Shown here one piece after another: positions 50,336-60,638 of a DNA stretch of 64,000 bases (its first letter is position 1; every line of letters starts with the position of its first letter). The position numbers were made by a program, and so were the translations under genes. Under the pieces are notes generated by a model. It did no database searches. It was not told the origin of the DNA and was given only the letters and a program-made list of their open reading frames with translations. The stretch spans positions 3,968,001-4,032,000 of the forward strand of contig OZ245817.1 of NCBI GenBank assembly GCA_965228475.1, written 5' to 3'. Source of the stretch: Myxococcota bacterium (lineage in GTDB: Bacteria; Myxococcota_A; UBA9160; JAFDDA01).

Positions 50336-53185
50336 ATGGAACTCGACCACGTCCTCATCCAAGGCGCCCGCGAACACAACCTGAAGTCCGTCGACGTGCG
50401 CATCCCGAAGAAGAAGCTCGTCGTGTTGACGGGGGTTTCGGGGTCGGGGAAGTCGTCGCTGGCGTTCGACACGCTCTATGCGGAGGGGCAGCGGCGCTAC
50501 GTGGAATCGCTCTCGGCCTACGCGCGGCAGTTCCTCGGGCAGATGGAGAAGCCGCGCTACGACCACATCCGCGGGCTCTCGCCGACGATCTCCATCGAGC
50601 AGAAGACGACGGGGACGAACCCCCGCTCCACGGTCGGGACCATCACCGAGATCTCCGACTACCTGCGCGTCCTCTACGCCCGCATCGGCATCCAGCACTG
50701 CCACCGCTGCGGGCGCCGGGTGGCCGGCCAGACCGCCGAGGCGATCGCCCAGGAGCTCGCGAGCCGGCCCTCGGGAACGCGGCTCTGGCTTCTCGCTTCG
50801 CTGCTCGTGAACCGCAAGGGCGAACACCGCGAACTCCTCGAGGACGCCCGCGTCCAGGGCTTCACCCGCCTGCGCGTCGACGGGGCCTTCCACCCGAGCG
50901 AGGAGGTCGAGGCGCTCGACAAGCGCCGGAAGCACACCGTCGAGGCCGTGGTGGACCGCGTCGTCGTGAAGAAGGGCATCGGGAGCCGGCTCGTCGACTC
51001 CGTCGAGACGGCGCTCCGCGTCGGCAAGGGCACGCTCATCGCCTGGACCGAAGAAGGTGGAGACGAGGTCTTCTCGGAGCACCTGGCCTGCTCGTCGTGC
51101 GGCATCTCCTTCCCCGAGCTCACGCCGCAGGCGTTCTCCTTCAACAGCCCCCAGGGCATGTGCGTCGAGTGCAACGGCCTCGGCACGACCGTCGCGATCG
51201 ACCCGGACCTCGTGATCCCGGACGAGACGCTCTCCCTCGCGGAGGGAGCCATCAAACCCTGGGGCGAGCTCACCGACGAGCGAACGGGCTGGTCGAGCCA
51301 GCTCCGGCTCTCGATGTGCCAGGACAACGCGATCCCCCTCGACCGCCCCTGGCGGAAGCTCTCGAAGAAGCACCGCGAGCAGCTCCTGCGCGGCACCGGA
51401 GAGCGCCGCTACGAGATGAAGTGGGAGAACGGCCAGATGCGGGTGCGCTTCGAGGGCGTCATCCCGCGGCTCATGCGCGTCTTCCAGAAGACGAAGTCCG
51501 AGCGGATGAAGCGCTGGTACCAGCAGTTCCTCGCGACGACGCCGTGCGATGCCTGCACGGGCTCCCGGCTCCGGCCGGAGAGCGCCGCGGTGCTCGTCGA
51601 CGGGCGGAGCATCATCGACATCTCGAAGCTCACGATCGACGAGGCCCACGCCTGGATCGCCGGCATGAAGCTCGCGGGCGCGGACAAGAAGATCGCCACC
51701 GAGCTGCGCAAGGAGATCGCCAACCGGCTCGAGTTCCTCGTCTCGGTCGGCCTTTCGTACCTCTCCCTCGAGCGGCCGGGGCCGAGCCTCTCGGGCGGCG
51801 AAGCTCAGCGCATCCGGCTCGCGAGCCAGGTCGGCTCCGAGCTCACCGGGGTGATCTACATCCTCGACGAGCCCTCGATCGGGCTCCACCAACGCGACAA
51901 CCGCAAGCTCCTCGACACGCTCTGCCGGATGCGCGACATCGGCAACACCGTGGTCGTGGTCGAGCACGACGAAGAGACGATCGCGATGGCCGACCGCGTG
52001 ATCGATTTCGGGCCCGGGGCGGGCGTGCGCGGCGGACACGTCGTCCACTCGGGGACGCCGGCGAGCCTCGCCAAGAGCCGGAAGTCCCTCACGGGAGCAT
52101 TCCTCTCGGGCCGCGAGCGGATCGAGGTGCCGGGCGAGCGCCGCACGGCGAGCGGTGCGCTCAAGATCCTCGGCGCCCGCGAGAACAACCTGAAGGACGT
52201 GGACGTCGAGATCCCGCTCGGCGTGCTCACCGCCGTCACCGGAGTTTCCGGGGCGGGCAAGTCGACCCTGGTGAACGACGTGCTCTACCCGGCGCTGCTG
52301 CGCCAGATCCACGGCTCGACGCGCCGCGCCGGACGCCACCGCTCCGTCGACGGCACCGACGCGATCGACAAGGTCGTCGGCATCGACCAACGGCCGATCG
52401 GGCGGACGCCGCGCAGCAACCCGGCGACCTACATCAAGGTCTTCGACGAGATCCGCGCCTTCTTCGCACACCTCCCGGGCGCCCGCGTGCGCGGCTACAA
52501 GCCCGGCCGCTTCTCCTTCAACGTGAAGGGAGGCCGCTGCGAGGCGTGCCAGGGCGATGGCGTGCGCAAGATCGAGATGCACTTCCTCTCGGACGTCTAC
52601 GTGCGCTGCGAGGCGTGCAACGGCCAGCGCTTCAACGAGGCCACGCTCGAGGTCCGCTTCAAGGGCAAGTCGATCGCGGACGTGCTCGACCTGACGGTGG
52701 CCGAGGCGGCCGAGCACTTCGCCGCCCACCCGAAGGTGCTCGCCCCCCTGAAGCTCCTCTGCGAGGTCGGCCTCGACTACCTGAAGCTCGGCCAGCCCTC
52801 GCCGACGCTCTCGGGCGGCGAAGCCCAGCGCATCAAGCTCGCCCGGGAGCTCGCCCGCCGCGCCACCGGCAAGACCTTCTACATCCTCGACGAGCCGACC
52901 ACGGGCCTCCACTTCGACGACGTCCGCAAGCTGCTCGGCGTGCTCGACCGTCTGGTCGAAGCCGGCAACAGCGTGCTCGTGATCGAGCACAACCTCGACG
53001 TGATCAAGACCGCCGACCACGTGATCGACCTCGGGCCCGAGGGCGGCCCGACCGGCGGCCGGATCGTCGCGCGGGGCACCCCCGAAGAAGTCGCACGCGT
53101 GAAGGGCTCCCACACGGGCCGCTTCCTCGCCCCGCTGCTGAGACCGCGCCGAGCCCGTCGAGCCCCCCGGGCGGGAAAACGCTAA
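50336..53185 (+). CDS. uvrA: Excinuclease ABC subunit A
   Basis: GAREHNLK, GVSGSGKSSLAFDTLYAEGQRRY, two LSGGEAQRI, zinc-finger CxxC motifs. Confidence 0.97.
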   Translation: MELDHVLIQGAREHNLKSVDVRIPKKKLVVLTGVSGSGKSSLAFDTLYAEGQRRYVESLSAYARQFLGQMEKPRYDHIRGLSPTISIEQKTTGTNPRSTVGTITEISDYLRVLYARIGIQHCHRCGRRVAGQTAEAIAQELASRPSGTRLWLLASLLVNRKGEHRELLEDARVQGFTRLRVDGAFHPSEEVEALDKRRKHTVEAVVDRVVVKKGIGSRLVDSVETALRVGKGTLIAWTEEGGDEVFSEHLACSSCGISFPELTPQAFSFNSPQGMCVECNGLGTTVAIDPDLVIPDETLSLAEGAIKPWGELTDERTGWSSQLRLSMCQDNAIPLDRPWRKLSKKHREQLLRGTGERRYEMKWENGQMRVRFEGVIPRLMRVFQKTKSERMKRWYQQFLATTPCDACTGSRLRPESAAVLVDGRSIIDISKLTIDEAHAWIAGMKLAGADKKIATELRKEIANRLEFLVSVGLSYLSLERPGPSLSGGEAQRIRLASQVGSELTGVIYILDEPSIGLHQRDNRKLLDTLCRMRDIGNTVVVVEHDEETIAMADRVIDFGPGAGVRGGHVVHSGTPASLAKSRKSLTGAFLSGRERIEVPGERRTASGALKILGARENNLKDVDVEIPLGVLTAVTGVSGAGKSTLVNDVLYPALLRQIHGSTRRAGRHRSVDGTDAIDKVVGIDQRPIGRTPRSNPATYIKVFDEIRAFFAHLPGARVRGYKPGRFSFNVKGGRCEACQGDGVRKIEMHFLSDVYVRCEACNGQRFNEATLEVRFKGKSIADVLDLTVAEAAEHFAAHPKVLAPLKLLCEVGLDYLKLGQPSPTLSGGEAQRIKLARELARRATGKTFYILDEPTTGLHFDDVRKLLGVLDRLVEAGNSVLVIEHNLDVIKTADHVIDLGPEGGPTGGRIVARGTPEEVARVKGSHTGRFLAPLLRPRRARRAPRAGKR

Positions 53186-53194
53186 GCACGACGC

Positions 53195-53920
53195 GTGGCG
53201 CATCTCGAACGGCTCGCCATCACGGTGGCGTTCCTCACGCTCACCTTCATCGGCTACTTCTGGATCGGACTCACCACCGATCCGGGCGAGGCCCGCTCGC
53301 TCGCGACGCCCCTCGACGCACGTATTCCGTTCGTTCCGGCCTCGATCGTGGTCTACGCGGGCGTCTACATCCTGATCACGCTGCCCGTGTTCCTCGTCGA
53401 GAGCCGGGCGCTGTTCGCCCGGATCGTCGTCGCGTACCTCTTCGTGGTCTTCGTCTGCCTGCTTTCCTTCGCCCTGTTCCCGGTGAGCGGCGCGGCGCTC
53501 CGCCCCGACCTCTCCGAGCTCGAGATCCATCCGTTCCTGCTCTGGGGTCTGAAGACGAACTACGGCCTCGACCCGCCGGTGAACCTCTTTCCTTCGATGC
53601 ACCTCGCCGGCGCCACGATCGCCGCGCTCGCGGTCGGCAAGGCCCGGCGCCGCGATGGCTGGATCGCGGGGGCCGCGGTCGTCCCCGTCGCCATCGCGGT
53701 CTGCACGGTGAAACAGCACTTCTGGGTCGACGCCGTCGCGGGCATCGCGCTCGGCTTCGCGGGCTTCGCCCTGCTGCTCCGGCGCTTCGAGCTGCCGCCC
53801 GGCGAACGAGCCTCGCGCGGCCCGGGCGGCTGGGCCGCCTTTGGCGCCCTCGCGGCATCGCTCTACGCCGGGCTCTACGCCGCCTACCGGGTGGGCATCG
53901 AGCCCTGGGGCTGGCTCTAG
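53195..53920 (+). CDS. PAP2-family membrane phosphatase/phosphotransferase
   Basis: NLFPSMH, KQHFWVD, multiple TM helices. Confidence 0.8.
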   Translation: MAHLERLAITVAFLTLTFIGYFWIGLTTDPGEARSLATPLDARIPFVPASIVVYAGVYILITLPVFLVESRALFARIVVAYLFVVFVCLLSFALFPVSGAALRPDLSELEIHPFLLWGLKTNYGLDPPVNLFPSMHLAGATIAALAVGKARRRDGWIAGAAVVPVAIAVCTVKQHFWVDAVAGIALGFAGFALLLRRFELPPGERASRGPGGWAAFGALAASLYAGLYAAYRVGIEPWGWL

Positions 53921-54969
53921 CCGACGCCCTCGGCGAGCTCCGGCCGGGCCGGCACGCAGGGCGTTCCACCGCTGCGAGTGAGCATCTCGCTGAGCGCGTG
54001 GACGGTCGCGGCGGCATCGTTCTCGGCCCAGCGCTCCGGGTCGATCGGGTTCGCGACCGAGAAGACGTGGAAGGTCCGCCGCGGGTCGAGCAGGCGCAAG
54101 CCCGGCCGGCTCACCTCGACCGTGACGCTCGGCGTCCCGAGGCCGTGCATCAGGTACGGGTCGAGCTGTCCGACGATCGCCGCCGAGCGCTCGCGGATCG
54201 GCCGGTAGCGCCGGTGCGGCTGCCGCGATTGGAACGGGCCGTCGAAGACGTCGAGCAGGGCGCGCGCCTTCTTTTCGTCCGTCGGCAGGATCTCGGGCAT
54301 GAAGACGACGCAGCCGAAGCTGTGGAAGTTCACGGCGGCACAGAACGCCTCGCGTTTGGCGAAGCGGGCGAGCGCCGCGCACTCGGACTCCGAAAGCGGT
54401 TGCGGCCCCTTGTAGTAGGCCGAGCCCGGCTTGTCGCGCCCGGTGTTCCAGGCGCCCTTGCCGGCGGTCGCCGGGAGATACGGGAAGTTCCGGTTCGGAT
54501 CGACGCCGCCGGCGGTGAAGCGGGAGCCGCCGATGCTCGTCCGGCCGTCGTTTCGCCAGATTCGCGCCGCACCGTCGGGGTTCAGCAGCGGAATCACCAC
54601 CACCTCGGCCGCATCGAGGAGCGCGCGCGCCTCCGCGTCCCGTCCCGAAAGGAGACGTTTCGCGACCCGTCGCGCGACGTAGCTCCCGATGTACTCGACG
54701 GCGTGGATGTGCGCCGTGACGAGCAGGCGCGGCTTGCCCTCGGCGGGGCCGCGGGAGAGCCGGAAGGCGCGGATCGGCCGTCCTTCCTGGGAGCGGCCGA
54801 TCTCCTCGACGCGACACGTCTCGGGGTGCCCCGCCGCCAGGGCATCCATCTCCGCCTCGGCTTCGTCGGGCGAGGGGTAGCGCGAATCCTCGAGACGATG
54901 CGGGAAGAGCATGCCGATCGCGGCGGCACCGAGGAACACGAGCAACCCGCAGAAGAACGTTCCGATCAA
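53917..54969 (-). CDS. M14 zinc carboxypeptidase
   Basis: IGRSQEGRPI, HIHAVE, NPDG, DPNRNF, NFHSF; TTGA-coupled start inferred. Confidence 0.85.
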   Translation of the reverse strand: MIGTFFCGLLVFLGAAAIGMLFPHRLEDSRYPSPDEAEAEMDALAAGHPETCRVEEIGRSQEGRPIRAFRLSRGPAEGKPRLLVTAHIHAVEYIGSYVARRVAKRLLSGRDAEARALLDAAEVVVIPLLNPDGAARIWRNDGRTSIGGSRFTAGGVDPNRNFPYLPATAGKGAWNTGRDKPGSAYYKGPQPLSESECAALARFAKREAFCAAVNFHSFGCVVFMPEILPTDEKKARALLDVFDGPFQSRQPHRRYRPIRERSAAIVGQLDPYLMHGLGTPSVTVEVSRPGLRLLDPRRTFHVFSVANPIDPERWAENDAAATVHALSEMLTRSGGTPCVPARPELAEGVG

Positions 54970-56081
54970 AGGGTGAGCTCCGGGTCGAACCACTCGAGGA
55001 TCTTCGGGTTCTCCTCGCGCGGGTAGGTGTGGGAGAGATCGTCGATCTCGCGGAACCGGACGTCCGCCCCCGCTTCGCCGAGCACGCGCGCAGCCTCCCG
55101 CGCGAGCGCGATGGGAAACATCCAGTCGAGGGCACCGTGAACCAGGTAGATGCGGCGGCCGCGCACCCGCTCGAGGTTGCCGTTCGCGAAGTTGGCGGGA
55201 TGGAGCACGCCGGAGATCGGCGCGAGGGCCGTGAAGGGAGCGTCTTCGGCCAGGCCCGTGAGCAGCGTGTAGGTCGCGCCGTCCGAGAGGCCCGTCAAAA
55301 GGATCCGCTCCGGGTCGACCCGCCAGCGTTCGCGCACCCAGGCGACCATCGAACGCAACGCCGGGCCGTCGCGGTCCGGGCCGTTCATGGACCAGGTCGT
55401 TCCCTGGGACGTCGGCGCGAGCAGCAGACAACCCCGGCTTCGGGCTTCGCGCAGCCACGTCCAGAGGAAATCCCTGCCGTGGCCGAAGCCGCCGTGCAGG
55501 GCCACCACGAGCGGCCACGCTTCGTTTCCCGCGGCGTCGTAGCGCTCGGGAACGTAGAGGCGGAAGCCGCCGCGGCCTTCCGGGTCGCCGGCCACCTGAA
55601 GTCCGGTCGGTTCGGATCCCGCATGGGCTTCCAGCGCTTCGCGCGACACCCGGGCGCCGGGTTCGAGGAACCAGTCGCTGACGGGCGGGAAGACGCGGCG
55701 CAGCGGGTAGAGCGCCTCCTGCGCCCGGGCATGCTGACTCATGGCCTCGAGCATTCGTGGCGCAGCCTCGTGGGCGGGCGCCGGCGCAACGAAGGTCTCG
55801 AGCGCCCGGTCGCCGAGGCCCACCGCCTCGGACCAGTGGCGGTGGAGTTCGAGAAGATCGGAAGGCGGCGACGCGGTTTCGAGCGCCTCCCGTGCGGCCG
55901 CGAGGCGCTCCCGGAAGGGCCGGAGCTCCCCCCGGAGGCCTGCGATCTCCGGTGGGTGGAGACGCCGGAGCGCCGTCTCGAGCGCCGAGAGCGCGGCCAG
56001 CAACGCGCCGCCCGAACGGGCGAGCCGCTCGCGGTATTCGTCCGAGCCGGGCTTGCCGGGGGAGTTCGATGGTGCCGACAT
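54966..56081 (-). CDS. Phospholipase/carboxylesterase-like hydrolase with helical N-terminal extension
   Basis: PLVVALHGG, GLSDG nucleophile elbow, HGALD, SHTY. Confidence 0.82.
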   Translation of the reverse strand: MSAPSNSPGKPGSDEYRERLARSGGALLAALSALETALRRLHPPEIAGLRGELRPFRERLAAAREALETASPPSDLLELHRHWSEAVGLGDRALETFVAPAPAHEAAPRMLEAMSQHARAQEALYPLRRVFPPVSDWFLEPGARVSREALEAHAGSEPTGLQVAGDPEGRGGFRLYVPERYDAAGNEAWPLVVALHGGFGHGRDFLWTWLREARSRGCLLLAPTSQGTTWSMNGPDRDGPALRSMVAWVRERWRVDPERILLTGLSDGATYTLLTGLAEDAPFTALAPISGVLHPANFANGNLERVRGRRIYLVHGALDWMFPIALAREAARVLGEAGADVRFREIDDLSHTYPREENPKILEWFDPELTL

Positions 56082-56101
56082 GGAGCCGGGAAGGATACGG
56101 C

Positions 56102-56416
56102 CTAGTGCCGCGTCGCGCCCTCGTCGGGGACGGTGGCGAGGTAGAGCCCGTAGAGCGCGTCGATCATCTCGCTCTGGCGCCGGGCGAGTTCGGCGAGCGC
56201 CTGGGTCGCCCGCTCGCGGCCGGCATCGACGGCCAGCTGGCGATCGAGCGCAGCTTCGACCTCGGCTTCGAGACGCCGCCGCGTCTCGCCCTGGAAGTCG
56301 GCGCGGATTCCGGCCAGCATCTCGGCGAGCTTTCGCGCGAAGGGAGCGAGGTGGCCACCCTCGAGGGCGGCGAGGCGGGCATCGAGGGATTCTCCGGAGC
56401 GGTCGTCGGCGGCCAT
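56102..56416 (-). CDS. Hypothetical helical protein
   Basis: Typical codon usage; fills the gap between genes; start uncertain. Confidence 0.5.
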   Translation of the reverse strand: MAADDRSGESLDARLAALEGGHLAPFARKLAEMLAGIRADFQGETRRRLEAEVEAALDRQLAVDAGRERATQALAELARRQSEMIDALYGLYLATVPDEGATRH

Positions 56417-56582
56417 CGGAGGCCGACGATCTGCAATCCGCGTACCCCAGCCCGTGCAGCCCCGGTTTCCCACGGCCCGGCGGGCGCCGCGGAGGGCAAT
56501 TGCCGTCGGGCTGCGCGTGCAGCGCGCCCGCACGGAAGTGGAAGGAAGGAACGGCGGGTTCCATCGGAGGGAACCCGACTGC

Positions 56583-56629
56583 CACGAGCCCTAGAAGCCG
56601 GCGCCTCACGAGCCCTAGAAGCCGGCGCC
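56583..56629. repeat. Tandem direct repeat, 23-bp unit with 24-bp period
   Basis: CACGAGCCCTAGAAGCCGGCGCC twice (56583-56605, 56607-56629). Confidence 0.9.
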
Positions 56630-58075
56630 GGTGTCCACCACCCGCCCGTTCACGCGAAGCGCACCGCCGCGCATGCGCAGGGAGGTCACGTAGCTCTCGC
56701 CGTGCCGTTCGACCCAGCCGCGCGCGATCCAGTCGGCCGGCCCGCCCTTCGCGAAGGGCAGGTCCGGCATCCCCATGGGTCCGCTCCCGGCGTCCGGCCG
56801 GTCCGTGCGGTCCGTGAGTTCGAAGCTCGGAACGGACGGCGCCGTCCACGCTTCGAACACCGGCACGGGAAGCGCGAGCTCGAGATCGAGCTCGACGGCC
56901 GGGATCGTCATGAGCGGGTGGACGAGCAGGTTCGGCTGGGAGCCGTCGACGCCGATGCGGGCGCTCGCGCGGATCTCCCCCTCGGGCGTCACGAGCCGGA
57001 AGCGCGGGACCTCGGCCACCGGCCCCGCCGCCATCAGCTTCGGCCACAGGGCGCCGAGCGCCCCCACGAGCTCGGCCTTCATCGCCTCCGCGACAGCCGG
57101 GCCGGCGGTGGGCGCGAGCTCGGCGGCCTCGTCCTCCTGGAGGTCGGCCGCGAGCGTTGCGAACTCGACGAGGGGCTCGAGGGCGAGGCCGGCCATGCGG
57201 TAGTCGAGCTCCATCGGTCCGTAGGGCCGGGACGGATCGCCGACCCGGTCGAGCGAGGCCTCGACCTCGATCTCCCAGGCGCCCTCGACGACGTCGCTCG
57301 AATCGCTCCAGGCGAGGTCGTGCAGCTCGAAGCGGCCGTTGCGACCGTTGCGGCCTTCGAACACGAACGTCCGCAGCGCAAAGTGACTTCCGCCGACGAA
57401 GAACGGTGCGTTCGAGAGGTCTCCGACCTCCGGATCGCGCTCGTAGGCAAAGCCGTACTCGAGGCCCGCGAGCCGGAGCTTCTGCTCCTCGCCGTCGAAG
57501 CGCACGAGCGGCACGGCGAACCGGCCATCGAACTGACTTCCGTCGCCGTTGAACGCGAGCTCCGCCTCGGTGCCGTCCCAGTCGACGTGGAGCTCCGGGT
57601 CCTCGAACAGCGCCGCCTCGGCGTCCGGTCGGAGCCGGATCGTACCGTCGCCGCTGCGAGAGACGTGGCTCTCGACGACCACCGGAAGCTCGACGACCTC
57701 GATCGTTTCCTCGTCCTCGAACTCCAGGGTGACGCGAGAGGTCGCCCAGGCGAGCGCCGGGGTTCCGTCGAAGGCCGCGGCGCGCAGCCAGGCCAGGGGG
57801 TACGGCCCGTGGAAGATCCGGTGTTCGAGCACCATGCGCACGGCCTCGTCGGGAGCGCTGGCCGGCGGGGTTTGCAGGACGGGCTCGACCACGGTCGTCG
57901 CCCGCGACGAGAAGAAGCCGCGCTCGTAGCGGGTCGTCTCGAAGGCGAACGCCGGAGGCGACTCGGCGCTCTCGAGCAGGGCTTCGTAGCGCGCCTCGAT
58001 CTCCCGCCCGGCCCACCAGGGGACGAGCGTCACGAGGGCCCAGGCGATGCCCAGGGGCAGGAGCAGACGGCGCAT
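56615..58075 (-). CDS. YdgA/DUF945-family protein
   Basis: N-terminal TM + PWWAG, YERGFFSSRATT, HRIFHGPYP, C-terminal LRVNG. Confidence 0.8.
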   Translation of the reverse strand: MRRLLLPLGIAWALVTLVPWWAGREIEARYEALLESAESPPAFAFETTRYERGFFSSRATTVVEPVLQTPPASAPDEAVRMVLEHRIFHGPYPLAWLRAAAFDGTPALAWATSRVTLEFEDEETIEVVELPVVVESHVSRSGDGTIRLRPDAEAALFEDPELHVDWDGTEAELAFNGDGSQFDGRFAVPLVRFDGEEQKLRLAGLEYGFAYERDPEVGDLSNAPFFVGGSHFALRTFVFEGRNGRNGRFELHDLAWSDSSDVVEGAWEIEVEASLDRVGDPSRPYGPMELDYRMAGLALEPLVEFATLAADLQEDEAAELAPTAGPAVAEAMKAELVGALGALWPKLMAAGPVAEVPRFRLVTPEGEIRASARIGVDGSQPNLLVHPLMTIPAVELDLELALPVPVFEAWTAPSVPSFELTDRTDRPDAGSGPMGMPDLPFAKGGPADWIARGWVERHGESYVTSLRMRGGALRVNGRVVDTGAGF

Positions 58076-58216
58076 GAGAGGTCTCCTCGCGCGGGGCAGG
58101 ACGCCCGATCCCTTGCGATTCGACCGATCCGGCCCGCCCCTTGACCGCGCGGAGTTGCCGGTGCGGTGCGTGCGCGATGCGCAGGCATGTCGTCAGGGGG
58201 AGCGGGGCCGCGGGCG

Positions 58217-58942
58217 TCAGGGCTTTCGGCGGCGGCGCGTCACGTCGCGCAGGTCGTCGGGGAGCGCCTTCTGCATCTCGCGGAAGGCCGCGGTGCGTTC
58301 GACGTCGATGCGCCCCTTCTCGTCGATGCGGACGAGCTGCGCCTCGCGCGTCCCCTCGCGGACCCAGTAGACGTGCGGGACGATCGGGTCGCCGCCGTCC
58401 AGGAGGATCTGGACCGAGAGCGTGACGAGAGCGTGGAAGCCGGGAATCGCCCGGGACGACTCGACCGGGTAGCAGAGCGTGGCGTTCCGGTTCGGGATCG
58501 CGAGCATCGTCCCCTGGCTCCCGGCGCAGGTGGGATGGCGCGCTGCCGCGAAGACGTAGGCCGCGCCGAAGGGGTGGTCGCCGTAGAGCAGGGTCACCTG
58601 CACGCCGCCGACGAGCTTCGGGGTCTGCCGGAGCAGCGGGGGCTGAGCGTGCTCGAGGTTGGCGAGGCCGAGCGCGAAGAGTTCCTCGGGCGACCGGCCC
58701 CACGCCTGCGCTTCGCCCACCGTGACGTCGACGGGCGCTCCGTCCACGAGGCGCACGAGGACGGTGCGTGTCTCGAAGAAGTCCTGACGCCAGACCGCGC
58801 CCGGGGCGACGGGGTCTTCGAGGCCCCGGACCTGGACGCGAAGGCGCTCCCGGACCGATTCGAAGGCAGCGGCAGACCGGCCGGGGCCGTCGGCCGGCGC
58901 GGGCCCGGCGAGCAGGATGGCCAGCGCGAACGTCCACGCCAT
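58217..58942 (-). CDS. Hypothetical secreted protein
   Basis: Signal peptide; WGRSPEELFALGLANL; typical codon usage. Confidence 0.65.
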   Translation of the reverse strand: MAWTFALAILLAGPAPADGPGRSAAAFESVRERLRVQVRGLEDPVAPGAVWRQDFFETRTVLVRLVDGAPVDVTVGEAQAWGRSPEELFALGLANLEHAQPPLLRQTPKLVGGVQVTLLYGDHPFGAAYVFAAARHPTCAGSQGTMLAIPNRNATLCYPVESSRAIPGFHALVTLSVQILLDGGDPIVPHVYWVREGTREAQLVRIDEKGRIDVERTAAFREMQKALPDDLRDVTRRRRKP

Positions 58943-58947
58943 GGCCC

Positions 58948-59370
58948 TCAATCGTCGGCTCCCGGCCTGCGCCGGCCGGCCTTCACCGCGGAGCGTTTGC
59001 GCTTCTGCTCGACGCGACGCTCGCGGCTCGCCTTCGTCGGCTTCGTCGCGCGGCGTTTGCGCGGGGCCACGGCCACCTCGTCGAGCAGGGCGTGGAGCTT
59101 CTCCATGCAGTCCGCGACGTTGCGGGCCCGGTCGCGAAAACGCTGGCTGGTGAGGACGAGCTCGCCGTCCTGGGTGATGCGCCGGGCGTGGCGCTCGAGG
59201 AACCGCGCGCGCACCGCGGCGGGAATCGCCGTCGACTCCGCCACGGGCCAGCGCAGGATCGCCTTGGTCTCGACCTTGTTCACGTTCTGGCCGCCGGCGC
59301 CCGAGCTCCGCGCATACTGGAAGCGGATCTCCCGCAGCGGGATGGCGATGCGTCCGGCCCGGGCGGCCAC
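58948..59370 (-). CDS. arfB: Alternative ribosome rescue factor B (peptidyl-tRNA hydrolase)
   Basis: RSSGAGGQNVNK, SQRFRD..N, basic tail RRATKPTKASRERR; start uncertain. Confidence 0.92.
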   Translation of the reverse strand: MAARAGRIAIPLREIRFQYARSSGAGGQNVNKVETKAILRWPVAESTAIPAAVRARFLERHARRITQDGELVLTSQRFRDRARNVADCMEKLHALLDEVAVAPRKRRATKPTKASRERRVEQKRKRSAVKAGRRRPGADD

Positions 59371-59381
59371 GGCGAAGGGCC

Positions 59382-60605
59382 CTAGCGGGAGAGCAGATCC
59401 CGCGCGATCGCACGGATCTGCATCTCGTCCGTGCCCGCGTAGATCTGCATCACCTTCGCGTCGCGCGCGAGCTGCTCGACCTTGTACTCGGCCATGTAGC
59501 CGTTGCCGCCGAAGAGCTGCACCGCCTCGAGACAGACCTCGGTGCAGATTTGCGCCGAGTAGAGCTTCATGGCCGAGGCCTCGGCGAAGGTCATGGACTT
59601 GCCCTGCTCGCTCATCTCGATCTGCCGGAAGATCATGTTCTGCACGTTCATCCGGGCGACTTCCATCTTCGCGAGCTTCAGCTGGATGAGCTGGTACTCG
59701 CCGATGGGCTTCCCGAAGGAGACGCGGTTCTTCGCGTAGTCGATGCTGTACTCGAGGCACTGCTCGATGATGCCGAGGGCCATCGCCGCCACGCCCGAGC
59801 GCTCGATCGAGAACGTGTCCTTCGCGCCGGACTTGCCCTCGGCCCGGTTCTCGGACTCCCCGATCAGCCGGTCCTTGCCGACGCGAACGTCCTGGAGGAA
59901 GAGCTCTCCCGTCGGCGAGGAGTGCATGCCCATCTTCTTCATCGGCTTGGTCTGCTCGAAGCCGGGCATGCCGCGGTCGAGGATGAAGGAGACCATCTTG
60001 CGGTCTTCGGGCTCGACCCCCGGCTCGTCGAGCTTGCAGATGAAGACGGTCGTGTCCGCGTAGGGCCCGTTCGTGATGAAGGTCTTGTTGCCGTTCAGCA
60101 CGTACTCGTCGCCGTCGCGCCGCGCCGTGGCCTTCATCCCGCCGAAGGCATCGGAGCCCGAGCCCGGCTCGGTGATCGCCCAGGCGCCGATCTTGTCGAG
60201 GGTGAGGATCGGAAGGGCCCACTTCTCCTTCTGGGCCGTCGTCCCCTTCGAGAGGATCGCGCCGGCCGTGAGCCCCACGGAGACGCCCATGGCCGTCACC
60301 ATGCCCGGGCAATAGCGGCAGAGCTCGATGATCGGGATCAGCATCATCGCGCCCCCGCCGCCGCCTTCCTTGCCTGCGGACTTCGCGTCCTTCTTCGACT
60401 TGCCGGCCTTCTCGGCCGCGATCTGCTTCTCGAAGCGGGTGCGCGCGAGCTCGTCCATGCCGAAGGTCGAGTACATCTTGCGCAGGATGTCGTAGGGCGG
60501 GAGATCGCCGTGCTCGAGCGCCTCCTGGTTCGGCTTGATCTCTTCCTCCACGAAGCGCTGGAACGCGTCGCGGATCATCAGGTGCTGCTCACTCCACTCG
60601 ATCAT
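59382..60605 (-). CDS. Acyl-CoA dehydrogenase
   Basis: AITEPGSGSD, GNKTFITNG, FGGNGYM, IYAGTDE; TATAAT and AGGAG upstream. Confidence 0.93.
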   Translation of the reverse strand: MIEWSEQHLMIRDAFQRFVEEEIKPNQEALEHGDLPPYDILRKMYSTFGMDELARTRFEKQIAAEKAGKSKKDAKSAGKEGGGGGAMMLIPIIELCRYCPGMVTAMGVSVGLTAGAILSKGTTAQKEKWALPILTLDKIGAWAITEPGSGSDAFGGMKATARRDGDEYVLNGNKTFITNGPYADTTVFICKLDEPGVEPEDRKMVSFILDRGMPGFEQTKPMKKMGMHSSPTGELFLQDVRVGKDRLIGESENRAEGKSGAKDTFSIERSGVAAMALGIIEQCLEYSIDYAKNRVSFGKPIGEYQLIQLKLAKMEVARMNVQNMIFRQIEMSEQGKSMTFAEASAMKLYSAQICTEVCLEAVQLFGGNGYMAEYKVEQLARDAKVMQIYAGTDEMQIRAIARDLLSR

Positions 60606-60638
60606 CGGGGTCTCCTGGACGGGATGGGCGGATCCGCA

